From Mycobacterium tuberculosis H37Rv (lineage in GTDB: Bacteria; Actinomycetota; Actinomycetes; Mycobacteriales; Mycobacteriaceae): a stretch of DNA of 32,000 bases. A program made the translations under genes and the position numbers. Below the pieces are notes generated by a model. It searched no databases. It was not told the origin of the DNA and saw only the letters and a program-made list of their open reading frames with translations. Location: the NCBI RefSeq assembly GCF_000195955.2, contig NC_000962.3, forward strand, positions 1,350,001-1,382,000, given 5' to 3'. Below are positions 1 to 7,758 of the stretch, in pieces. Every line of letters starts with the position of its first letter. The stretch's first letter is position 1.

Positions 1-1125
1 TGGCTGCGGGCGCTGGCCGTCTTCGGAGGGATGGGGCTGCGGCTGAAGGGTTCCGACACGCTCTACAGCTGCCTGCCGCTGTACCACAACAACGCGTTAA
101 CGGTCGCGGTGTCGTCGGTGATCAATTCTGGGGCGACCCTGGCGCTGGGTAAGTCGTTTTCGGCGTCGCGGTTCTGGGATGAGGTGATTGCCAACCGGGC
201 GACGGCGTTCGTCTACATCGGCGAAATCTGCCGTTATCTGCTCAACCAGCCGGCCAAGCCGACCGACCGTGCCCACCAGGTGCGGGTGATCTGCGGTAAC
301 GGGCTGCGGCCGGAGATCTGGGATGAGTTCACCACCCGCTTCGGGGTCGCGCGGGTGTGCGAGTTCTACGCCGCCAGCGAAGGCAACTCGGCCTTTATCA
401 ACATCTTCAACGTGCCCAGGACCGCCGGGGTATCGCCGATGCCGCTTGCCTTTGTGGAATACGACCTGGACACCGGCGATCCGCTGCGGGATGCGAGCGG
501 GCGAGTGCGTCGGGTACCCGACGGTGAACCCGGCCTGTTGCTTAGCCGGGTCAACCGGCTGCAGCCGTTCGACGGCTACACCGACCCGGTTGCCAGCGAA
601 AAGAAGTTGGTGCGCAACGCTTTTCGAGATGGCGACTGTTGGTTCAACACCGGTGACGTGATGAGCCCGCAGGGCATGGGCCATGCCGCCTTCGTCGATC
701 GGCTGGGCGACACCTTCCGCTGGAAGGGCGAGAATGTCGCCACCACTCAGGTCGAAGCGGCACTGGCCTCCGACCAGACCGTCGAGGAGTGCACGGTCTA
801 CGGCGTCCAGATTCCGCGCACCGGCGGGCGCGCCGGAATGGCCGCGATCACACTGCGCGCTGGCGCCGAATTCGACGGCCAGGCGCTGGCCCGAACGGTT
901 TACGGTCACTTGCCCGGCTATGCACTTCCGCTCTTTGTTCGGGTAGTGGGGTCGCTGGCGCACACCACGACGTTCAAGAGTCGCAAGGTGGAGTTGCGCA
1001 ACCAGGCCTATGGCGCCGACATCGAGGATCCGCTGTACGTACTGGCCGGCCCGGACGAAGGATATGTGCCGTACTACGCCGAATACCCTGAGGAGGTTTC
1101 GCTCGGAAGGCGACCGCAGGGCTAG
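1..1125 (+). CDS. fadD6: Very-long-chain acyl-CoA synthetase/fatty acid transport-like protein, 3' part only (5' end outside window)
   Basis: Open reading frame continues to base 1 (WLRALAVFGGMGLRLKGSDTLYSCLPLYHNNA...). Contains the AMP-binding family motifs EFYAASEGN and GDCWFNTGDV...DRLGDTFRWKGENVATTQVE. Stop TAG at 1123-1125. Confidence 0.95.
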   Translation, partial: WLRALAVFGGMGLRLKGSDTLYSCLPLYHNNALTVAVSSVINSGATLALGKSFSASRFWDEVIANRATAFVYIGEICRYLLNQPAKPTDRAHQVRVICGNGLRPEIWDEFTTRFGVARVCEFYAASEGNSAFINIFNVPRTAGVSPMPLAFVEYDLDTGDPLRDASGRVRRVPDGEPGLLLSRVNRLQPFDGYTDPVASEKKLVRNAFRDGDCWFNTGDVMSPQGMGHAAFVDRLGDTFRWKGENVATTQVEAALASDQTVEECTVYGVQIPRTGGRAGMAAITLRAGAEFDGQALARTVYGHLPGYALPLFVRVVGSLAHTTTFKSRKVELRNQAYGADIEDPLYVLAGPDEGYVPYYAEYPEEVSLGRRPQG

Positions 1126-1190
1126 CGGATTCCGGGCGCAGTCTCGATACCCGCACTGGACGCTCGACGGTAACCAGGCACTATGGATGC

Positions 1191-2147
1191 GTGCGTTCAA
1201 CACCGCCGGCCTCAGCCGGTCGTTCAACACCGCCGGCGTTAGCCGGCCATTCAACACCGCCGGCGTTAGCCGGCCATTCAACGCTGTGCGGCCGTCCAGT
1301 CGCAGGTGATCGTGCGCTGATCATGGCGATCGTCAACCGCACCCCGGATTCGTTTTACGACAAGGGTGCGACTTTCAGCGACGCGGCTGCCAGAGACGCG
1401 GTCCACCGGGCCGTCGCCGACGGTGCCGACGTCATCGACGTCGGCGGTGTCAAAGCCGGCCCGGGTGAACGCGTCGACGTCGACACCGAGATCACGCGGC
1501 TGGTGCCGTTCATCGAATGGCTCCGCGGTGCTTACCCGGACCAGCTGATCAGTGTCGACACCTGGCGCGCGCAGGTGGCGAAGGCGGCCTGCGCGGCGGG
1601 GGCGGACCTGATCAACGACACCTGGGGTGGCGTCGACCCGGCCATGCCCGAGGTGGCCGCCGAGTTCGGCGCGGGCCTGGTGTGTGCGCACACCGGCGGC
1701 GCGCTGCCACGCACGCGACCCTTCCGGGTGAGCTACGGTACGACTACCCGCGGTGTGGTGGATGCTGTGATTAGCCAGGTCACAGCCGCCGCCGAGCGGG
1801 CCGTCGCGGCCGGGGTGGCCCGCGAGAAGGTGTTGATCGACCCGGCACACGACTTCGGCAAGAACACCTTCCATGGGCTGCTGCTATTGCGACACGTGGC
1901 CGATCTTGTTATGACCGGGTGGCCCGTGCTGATGGCTTTGAGCAACAAGGACGTTGTCGGGGAGACTCTGGGCGTGGATTTGACCGAACGGCTTGAGGGA
2001 ACGCTGGCAGCCACCGCGTTGGCTGCGGCCGCCGGGGCGCGCATGTTTCGGGTGCATGAGGTCGCCGCCACCCGGCGGGTGCTGGAAATGGTGGCATCGA
2101 TTCAGGGGGTCCGGCCGCCGACGCGCACGGTGAGAGGACTCGCATGA
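1191..2147 (+). CDS. folP2: Dihydropteroate synthase homolog FolP2 (318 aa from GTG 1191; ATG 1323 is an alternative start at the beginning of conserved homology)
   Basis: MAIVNRTPDSFYDKG, DVIDVGG, SVDTWRAQVAKAACAAGADLINDTWGG and RVHEV resemble the pterin-binding/DHPS family. Stop overlaps the gpgS start (ATGA). Confidence 0.9.
   Translation: MRSTPPASAGRSTPPALAGHSTPPALAGHSTLCGRPVAGDRALIMAIVNRTPDSFYDKGATFSDAAARDAVHRAVADGADVIDVGGVKAGPGERVDVDTEITRLVPFIEWLRGAYPDQLISVDTWRAQVAKAACAAGADLINDTWGGVDPAMPEVAAEFGAGLVCAHTGGALPRTRPFRVSYGTTTRGVVDAVISQVTAAAERAVAAGVAREKVLIDPAHDFGKNTFHGLLLLRHVADLVMTGWPVLMALSNKDVVGETLGVDLTERLEGTLAATALAAAAGARMFRVHEVAATRRVLEMVASIQGVRPPTRTVRGLA
1196..1283 (+). repeat. 27-bp tandem repeat, three copies plus a 7-nt partial, encoding (R/H)STPPA(S/L)AG
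   Basis: ttcaacaccgccggcctcagccggtcg / ttcaacaccgccggcgttagccggcca / ttcaacaccgccggcgttagccggcca / ttcaacg. Units 2 and 3 are identical. Confidence 0.95.
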
Positions 2148-3118
2148 CAGCATCGGAGCTGGTCGCCGGCGATCTCGCCGGTGGCAGGGCCCCTGGCGCG
2201 CTGCCCTTGGACACTACTTGGCACCGTCCCGGCTGGACGATCGGGGAGTTGGAAGCGGCAAAGGCCGGACGGACGATTTCGGTGGTGCTGCCGGCCCTCA
2301 ACGAGGAAGCGACCATCGAATCGGTGATCGACAGCATCTCTCCGCTGGTCGATGGCCTGGTCGATGAATTGATCGTGCTGGACTCCGGTTCCACCGACGA
2401 CACCGAGATCCGGGCCATCGCCTCCGGCGCCCGGGTTGTCAGCCGTGAACAGGCGTTGCCCGAGGTGCCGGTACGGCCCGGCAAAGGTGAGGCATTGTGG
2501 CGTTCACTGGCGGCCACCAGCGGCGACATCGTGGTGTTCATCGACTCAGACCTGATCAACCCGCACCCCTTGTTTGTGCCATGGCTGGTCGGTCCGCTGC
2601 TCACCGGCGAAGGCATTCAGCTGGTCAAGAGCTTTTACCGACGGCCGCTGCAGGTCAGCGACGTGACGAGTGGGGTGTGCGCCACCGGCGGCGGGAGGGT
2701 CACCGAGCTGGTGGCGCGGCCACTGTTAGCCGCGCTGCGGCCCGAGCTGGGTTGTGTACTGCAGCCGCTGAGCGGTGAGTATGCGGCCAGCCGGGAGCTG
2801 CTGACATCGCTGCCATTTGCCCCCGGCTACGGCGTGGAGATCGGCCTCTTGATAGACACGTTCGACCGGTTGGGCCTGGACGCAATCGCCCAGGTCAACT
2901 TGGGCGTTCGGGCGCACCGTAACCGGCCCCTAGACGAGCTCGGCGCGATGAGCCGCCAGGTCATCGCGACCCTGCTGTCGCGCTGTGGAATTCCCGATTC
3001 CGGTGTCGGGCTGACCCAGTTCTTGCCCGGCGGCCCGGACGATAGTGACTACACGCGGCACACCTGGCCGGTATCACTAGTCGACCGGCCGCCGATGAAG
3101 GTGATGCGGCCGCGCTGA
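2144..3118 (+). CDS. gpgS: Glucosyl-3-phosphoglycerate synthase, family GT81/GT2-like (324 aa)
   Basis: GT-A fold motifs: VVLPALNEEATIESVIDSI, LDSGSTDDTEI, DIVVFIDSDL. Full ORF, start ATG 2144 translationally coupled to folP2. Confidence 0.95.
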   Translation: MTASELVAGDLAGGRAPGALPLDTTWHRPGWTIGELEAAKAGRTISVVLPALNEEATIESVIDSISPLVDGLVDELIVLDSGSTDDTEIRAIASGARVVSREQALPEVPVRPGKGEALWRSLAATSGDIVVFIDSDLINPHPLFVPWLVGPLLTGEGIQLVKSFYRRPLQVSDVTSGVCATGGGRVTELVARPLLAALRPELGCVLQPLSGEYAASRELLTSLPFAPGYGVEIGLLIDTFDRLGLDAIAQVNLGVRAHRNRPLDELGAMSRQVIATLLSRCGIPDSGVGLTQFLPGGPDDSDYTRHTWPVSLVDRPPMKVMRPR

Positions 3119-3156
3119 CCGACACCGCGTCGGCGCCTTAGGGCAAGATCGATGAC

Positions 3157-3525
3157 GTGGCGTTGGTGTTGGTGTACCTGGTGGTGCTGGTCCTGGTGGC
3201 GATCGTGCTGTTCGCTGCGGCGAGCTTGCTATTCGGCCGTGGCGAGCAGTTGCCGCCCCTGCCGCGGGCGACGACGGCGACGACGCTGCCGGCGTTCGGG
3301 GTCACCCGCGCCGACGTCGACGCGGTCAAGTTCACGCAGGTGCTGCGCGGGTACAAGACCAGCGAGGTGGACTGGGTGCTGGAACGGCTCGGCCGTGAGC
3401 TCGAGGCGCTACGCTCTCAGCTCGGGGCGATCCACGCCTCGTCGGAAGACGCCGAGGCCGAGTCTGACGCGTCAAACCCTTCGCGCGGCGAGACCGTCGT
3501 GCACTACCGTTCTGACCCCGCGTGA
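3157..3525 (+). CDS. Small membrane-anchored protein with DivIVA-like domain (122 aa, GTG start)
   Basis: N-terminal TM (ALVLVYLVVLVLVAIVLFAAASLLF), then GVTRADVDAVKFTQVLRGYKTSEVDWVLERLGRELEALRSQL, matching the DivIVA-domain pattern. Corresponds to Rv1209. Confidence 0.88.
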   Translation: MALVLVYLVVLVLVAIVLFAAASLLFGRGEQLPPLPRATTATTLPAFGVTRADVDAVKFTQVLRGYKTSEVDWVLERLGRELEALRSQLGAIHASSEDAEAESDASNPSRGETVVHYRSDPA

Positions 3526-4136
3526 GCGGCGACGGGCTGGTTCGCTGCCCCTGGGCGGAGGTTCGTCCAGGGCCCGATGCCCAGCTGTACCGCGACTATC
3601 ACGACAACGAATGGGGGCGTCCGCTGTACGGCCGGGTGGCTTTGTTCGAGCGAATGAGCCTGGAGGCCTTCCAGAGTGGCCTGTCATGGTTGATAATCCT
3701 GCGCAAGCGGGAGAATTTCCGGCGCGCATTCTCTGGGTTCGACATCGACAAGATCGCTCGCTACACCGATACCGATGTGCGACGGCTACTCGCCGATGAC
3801 GGAATCGTGCGCAACCGCGCCAAGATTGAGGCGACGATCGCCAACGCGCGCGCAGCTGCCGATCTGGGGTCGTCCGAAGACCTATCCGAGCTGCTGTGGT
3901 CGTTCGCGCCACCGCCTCGGCCCCGGCCCGTCGACGGTTCCGAAATTCCCTCGGTCAGCACGGAATCGAAGGCTATGTCGCGTGAGTTGAAGCGGCGCGG
4001 GTTCCGTTTCGTCGGGCCCACCACCGCCTATGCGTTGATGCAGGCGACCGGGATGGTCGACGACCATATCCAAGCATGCTGGGTGCCCACTGAGCGACCT
4101 TTTGACCAGCCGGGCTGCCCGATGGCGGCCCGGTGA
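3522..4136 (+). CDS. tagA: DNA-3-methyladenine glycosylase I (204 aa)
   Basis: RCPWAEVRPGPDAQLYRDYHDNEWGRPLYGRVALFERMSLEAFQSGLSWLIILRKRENFRRAF is the typical Tag family signature. Start overlaps the preceding stop (GTGA). Confidence 0.95.
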   Translation: MSGDGLVRCPWAEVRPGPDAQLYRDYHDNEWGRPLYGRVALFERMSLEAFQSGLSWLIILRKRENFRRAFSGFDIDKIARYTDTDVRRLLADDGIVRNRAKIEATIANARAAADLGSSEDLSELLWSFAPPPRPRPVDGSEIPSVSTESKAMSRELKRRGFRFVGPTTAYALMQATGMVDDHIQACWVPTERPFDQPGCPMAAR

Positions 4137-4302
4137 AGTCATTGCGCCGGGGCTTGTGCACCTGATGAACCCGAATAGGGAACAATAGGGGGGTGATTTG
4201 GCAGTTCAATGTCGGGTATGGCTGGAAATCCAATGGCGGGGCATGCTCGGCGCCGACCAGGCTCGCGCAGGCGGGCCAGCCCGAATCTGGAGGGAGCACT
4301 CA

Positions 4303-4470
4303 ATGGCGGCGATGAAGCCCCGGACCGGCGACGGTCCTTTGGAAGCAACTAAGGAGGGGCGCGGCATTGTGATGCGAGTACCACTTGAGGGTGGCGGTCG
4401 CCTGGTCGTCGAGCTGACACCCGACGAAGCCGCCGCACTGGGTGACGAACTCAAAGGCGTTACTAGCTAA
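4303..4470 (+). CDS. DUF3117 small protein (55 aa from ATG 4303; 75-aa version possible from ATG 4243)
   Basis: MAAMKPRTGDGPLEATKEGRGIVMRVPLEGGGRLVVELTPDEAAALGDELKGVTS is a highly conserved actinobacterial small protein. ggaggg Shine-Dalgarno just upstream of 4303. Corresponds to Rv1211. Confidence 0.85.
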   Translation: MAAMKPRTGDGPLEATKEGRGIVMRVPLEGGGRLVVELTPDEAAALGDELKGVTS

Positions 4471-4497
4471 GACCAGCCCAACGGCGAATGGTCGGCG

Positions 4498-5661
4498 TTA
4501 CGCGCACACCTTCCGGTAGATGTCCAGTGTCTGCTCGGCGATGTATGCCCAGGAGAACTCTTGGATACAGCGCTGGCGTCCGGCATGCCCGTAGCGCTCC
4601 GCCGTTGCCGGGTCGGCGACCAAGGCATTGACCGCCTCAGCCAATCTGGCCTGGTAACCGGTCGCGTCGTCGGCGTCGTAATGCACCAGTGAGCCGGTGA
4701 TCCCGTCGGCGACCACCTCGGGGATCCCGCCGACGTCGGAGGCCACCACGGCGGTTGCGCACGCCATCGCTTCCAGGTTTACGATACCCAGCGGCTCGTA
4801 CACCGACGGGCACACGAAAACTGTTGCTGCCGAAAGTATTTCTCGTAGTTGTCCGATGGTAAGCCGGTCTTGGATCCAAAACACGCCAGTGCGATTGCGG
4901 GCCAGTTCGGCCACCGCGACGCGCACTTCGTCGGCTACTTCCGGCGTGTCCGCAGCACCCGCGCAGAGCACTAGCTGTACGTCCGATCTGAATCGGTGCG
5001 CGGCTGTTACCAGGTGGACGACTCCCTTTTGCCGGGTGATTCGCCCGACGAACACCGCCATGGGCCGGTTCGGATCGACCCCGAGCTCGGCCAGCACCGA
5101 CCCGGTACGCGCGGGCCCGGCCGGATACCACGTCTCGGTGTCGATCCCGTTCCGGATGACGTGCACCAGGTTCGGATCCAGGCTGGGATAGACCCGCAAC
5201 ATGTCGTTGCGCATTGCAGAACTGACCGCAATGACCGCGTTGGCGGCCAGCACCGCGGTCTGCTCGACCCATGTCGATACCTGGTAGCCGCCGCCGAGTT
5301 GCTCCTTCTTCCATGGCCGCAACGGTTCGAGCGAATGTGCGGTCAAAACATGCGGGATGTCGTAGAGTATCGCGGCCAGATGCCCCGCCAGAGCGGTGTA
5401 CCAGGTGTGTGAATGCACGACGGTGGCCGCGCTGGCGGCATTGGCCATCACCAGGTCCGCGGACAAGGTGGACAGCGCCGCGTTGGCGCTGCCTAGCCTC
5501 GGGTCGGGCCGATAGGCAAATGCGCCCGGGCGGGGTGCGCCCATGCAGTGCACGTCGACCGCGCACAGCCGGCGTAGGTAGGCAACCAGTTCGGTGACAT
5601 GTACCCCGGCTCCACCGTAAACCTCCGGTGGGTATTCCCGAGTCAACATCGCCACCCGCAT
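4498..5661 (-). CDS. glgM: GT4-family glycosyltransferase of glycogen/maltosyl phosphate synthesis (387 aa)
   Basis: Starts MRVAMLTREYPPEVYGGAGVHVTELVAYLRR. Contains VHSHTWYTALAGHL, FVGRITRQKGV and FVCPSVYEPLGIVNLEAMACATAVVASDVGGIPEVV. Historically annotated glgA (Rv1212c). Confidence 0.93.
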   Translation of the reverse strand: MRVAMLTREYPPEVYGGAGVHVTELVAYLRRLCAVDVHCMGAPRPGAFAYRPDPRLGSANAALSTLSADLVMANAASAATVVHSHTWYTALAGHLAAILYDIPHVLTAHSLEPLRPWKKEQLGGGYQVSTWVEQTAVLAANAVIAVSSAMRNDMLRVYPSLDPNLVHVIRNGIDTETWYPAGPARTGSVLAELGVDPNRPMAVFVGRITRQKGVVHLVTAAHRFRSDVQLVLCAGAADTPEVADEVRVAVAELARNRTGVFWIQDRLTIGQLREILSAATVFVCPSVYEPLGIVNLEAMACATAVVASDVGGIPEVVADGITGSLVHYDADDATGYQARLAEAVNALVADPATAERYGHAGRQRCIQEFSWAYIAEQTLDIYRKVCA

Positions 5662-5835
5662 ACCCCGCACCGTAGTGCGGTGACGGGGCGGCCCGCGTGG
5701 CGGGCCGAGGAGGAGGCGGAGGCGGCACAGCACCCGTCGAACGGGGCCAAACACCTTGACGGACAGCCCGTCAGAGCAGTAGCCAGGGGCGGATTCCCCT
5801 TGGCAGTGGTTTGCGGGGGCCGATAGGTTTGAGCC

Positions 5836-7050
5836 ATGAGAGAAGTGCCGCACGTGCTGGGCATAGTCTTAGCCGGCGGTGAGGGCAAGCGGCTTTATCC
5901 GCTGACCGCGGACCGGGCCAAGCCCGCGGTTCCTTTCGGCGGCGCCTATCGATTGATCGATTTCGTACTCTCAAACCTCGTCAACGCCCGGTATCTGAGG
6001 ATCTGTGTTCTCACCCAATACAAGTCGCATTCACTGGACCGCCATATCTCGCAGAACTGGCGGTTGTCTGGTCTGGCGGGTGAGTACATCACCCCGGTGC
6101 CGGCACAGCAGCGCCTCGGCCCGCGCTGGTATACCGGCTCCGCCGATGCGATCTATCAATCGCTGAACTTGATCTACGACGAAGATCCAGACTACATAGT
6201 GGTTTTCGGCGCCGACCACGTCTACCGTATGGATCCCGAACAGATGGTCCGGTTCCACATCGACAGCGGTGCCGGCGCGACGGTGGCCGGCATACGGGTT
6301 CCACGTGAAAATGCGACCGCGTTCGGTTGTATCGACGCCGATGACTCCGGCCGTATTCGCAGCTTCGTTGAGAAGCCGCTGGAGCCGCCCGGAACCCCCG
6401 ACGACCCCGACACCACGTTCGTCTCAATGGGCAACTACATTTTCACGACCAAGGTGCTTATCGACGCGATTCGCGCCGACGCCGACGACGACCACTCGGA
6501 CCACGACATGGGTGGTGACATCGTTCCGCGGTTGGTGGCCGACGGTATGGCGGCGGTCTATGACTTCTCCGATAACGAAGTGCCTGGTGCCACCGATCGC
6601 GACCGAGCATATTGGCGCGACGTCGGGACGCTTGACGCGTTTTACGACGCACATATGGACCTGGTGTCGGTGCACCCGGTGTTCAACCTGTACAACAAGC
6701 GGTGGCCGATCCGCGGGGAGTCGGAGAACCTGGCGCCGGCGAAGTTCGTCAATGGCGGCTCCGCACAGGAGTCGGTGGTTGGTGCCGGCAGCATCATCTC
6801 GGCGGCCTCGGTGCGTAATTCGGTGCTGTCGTCGAACGTCGTGGTCGACGACGGCGCGATCGTTGAGGGCAGTGTGATCATGCCCGGCACCCGCGTTGGG
6901 CGCGGGGCGGTGGTGCGCCACGCGATCCTGGACAAGAACGTCGTCGTCGGGCCCGGTGAGATGGTCGGCGTGGATCTGGAGAAGGACCGGGAACGCTTCG
7001 CGATCAGCGCCGGCGGCGTGGTCGCCGTGGGCAAGGGTGTTTGGATCTAG
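5836..7050 (+). CDS. glgC: Glucose-1-phosphate adenylyltransferase (404 aa)
   Basis: [41 protein letters not shown]; left-handed beta-helix C-terminus. Divergent from glgM. Confidence 0.97.
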   Translation: MREVPHVLGIVLAGGEGKRLYPLTADRAKPAVPFGGAYRLIDFVLSNLVNARYLRICVLTQYKSHSLDRHISQNWRLSGLAGEYITPVPAQQRLGPRWYTGSADAIYQSLNLIYDEDPDYIVVFGADHVYRMDPEQMVRFHIDSGAGATVAGIRVPRENATAFGCIDADDSGRIRSFVEKPLEPPGTPDDPDTTFVSMGNYIFTTKVLIDAIRADADDDHSDHDMGGDIVPRLVADGMAAVYDFSDNEVPGATDRDRAYWRDVGTLDAFYDAHMDLVSVHPVFNLYNKRWPIRGESENLAPAKFVNGGSAQESVVGAGSIISAASVRNSVLSSNVVVDDGAIVEGSVIMPGTRVGRGAVVRHAILDKNVVVGPGEMVGVDLEKDRERFAISAGGVVAVGKGVWI

Positions 7051-7066
7051 GTCCGGTTAGCGGCGC

Positions 7067-7122
7067 GAGCAGACACAGAATCGCCCATTTCGGCACGAAA
7101 TTGGGCGATTCTGCGTCTGCTC
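7067..7122. repeat. Dispersed hairpin element, copy 1 (3' of glgC)
   Basis: Arms gagcagacacagaatcgccca (7067-7087) and tgggcgattctgcgtctgctc (7102-7122), 20/21 complementary, with further pairing of atttcg/cgaaat toward the loop. Confidence 0.85.
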
Positions 7123-7142
7123 GGCGCGGTGGGGCGCGCCGG

Positions 7143-7294
7143 CTAGGGCCCTGGCGGCCCGGGTTGGCCGAACAGCTGCCCGCCAGCGCCGCCGCGAGCG
7201 CCGGCCGCGGCGGCCCCGCGCCACCTCCCACGCCGCCGTTGCCGATCAACCCCCCGGGCCCGCCGTCTTGGCCCGGTCCGCCATTGGCGCCGTC
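7143..7294 (-). pseudogene. PGRS-like remnant downstream of the PE14 stop
   Basis: Read on the minus strand from 7294, one frame off PE14: [27 protein letters not shown]. After another frame change: AGARGGAGGQLFGQPGPPGP* with TAG at 7145-7143. Confidence 0.7.
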
Positions 7295-7625
7295 ACCGAT
7301 CGAACAGTGCCTGGGTGGGAGCGTTGATCACATTCAGCACGTCTTGCTGCACGCTCTGCGCCACAGCAGCGTTGACGGCTTCGGCAGCCGCATAGGCCCC
7401 GCCAGCGCCGGTCAGGGCTTGTACGAACTGCTGATGAAACGCCGTCGCCTGCAAGCTAAGCGCCTGATAGGCCTGAGCGTGTCTGGCGAACAGTGACGCC
7501 ACGACCGCCGATACTTCATCGGCACAGGCGGCCAGCATCGCGGTGGTTGGGGCTGCCGCGGCGGCATTGGCCGCGCTCAATGCCGAGCCGATGCCCGCCA
7601 AATCCGTTGCCGCCGATGCCAGCAC
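7293..7625 (-). CDS. PE14: PE-family protein PE14 (110 aa; appears to lack the canonical first residues)
   Basis: [86 protein letters not shown] is a diagnostic PE domain lacking its usual MS(F/Y)...APE start. Confidence 0.9.
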   Translation of the reverse strand: MLASAATDLAGIGSALSAANAAAAAPTTAMLAACADEVSAVVASLFARHAQAYQALSLQATAFHQQFVQALTGAGGAYAAAEAVNAAVAQSVQQDVLNVINAPTQALFDR

Positions 7626-7709
7626 GTCCGGGGCGCCACCAGATACGACATGGCCACACCTTATCGTGGGCTCGTTACGGCATGCGGTGTTTTCGACGGA
7701 CTCGTCACC

Positions 7710-7736
7710 GACGCCGCGCGTGTGACGCGCGCCGTC
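7710..7736. terminator. GC-rich hairpin between the Rv1215c operon and PE14 (possible termination structure)
   Basis: gacgccgcgcgt (7710-7721) - gtg - acgcgcgccgtc (7725-7736), 11/12 pairing. No U-tract. Confidence 0.35.
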
Positions 7737-7758
7737 AGCCAGCGCTCGGCAACCCGGG

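Noticed and set aside
1196-1283. 27-bp repeats considered as a CRISPR array
   Set aside because: Units are directly adjacent with no spacers, and only three copies exist with no cas genes. It is a simple tandem repeat.
4637-5728. Long 363-aa ORF opposite/offset to glgM
   Set aside because: Shadow ORF in high-GC coding DNA, fully overlapping a strongly homologous glgM. Its Arg/Pro/Gly-rich translation shows no family signature.
5662-5853. 64-aa upstream extension of the glgM ORF
   Set aside because: Overlaps the divergent glgC start and promoter region. Conserved GT4 homology begins at MRVAMLTREYPP (5661).
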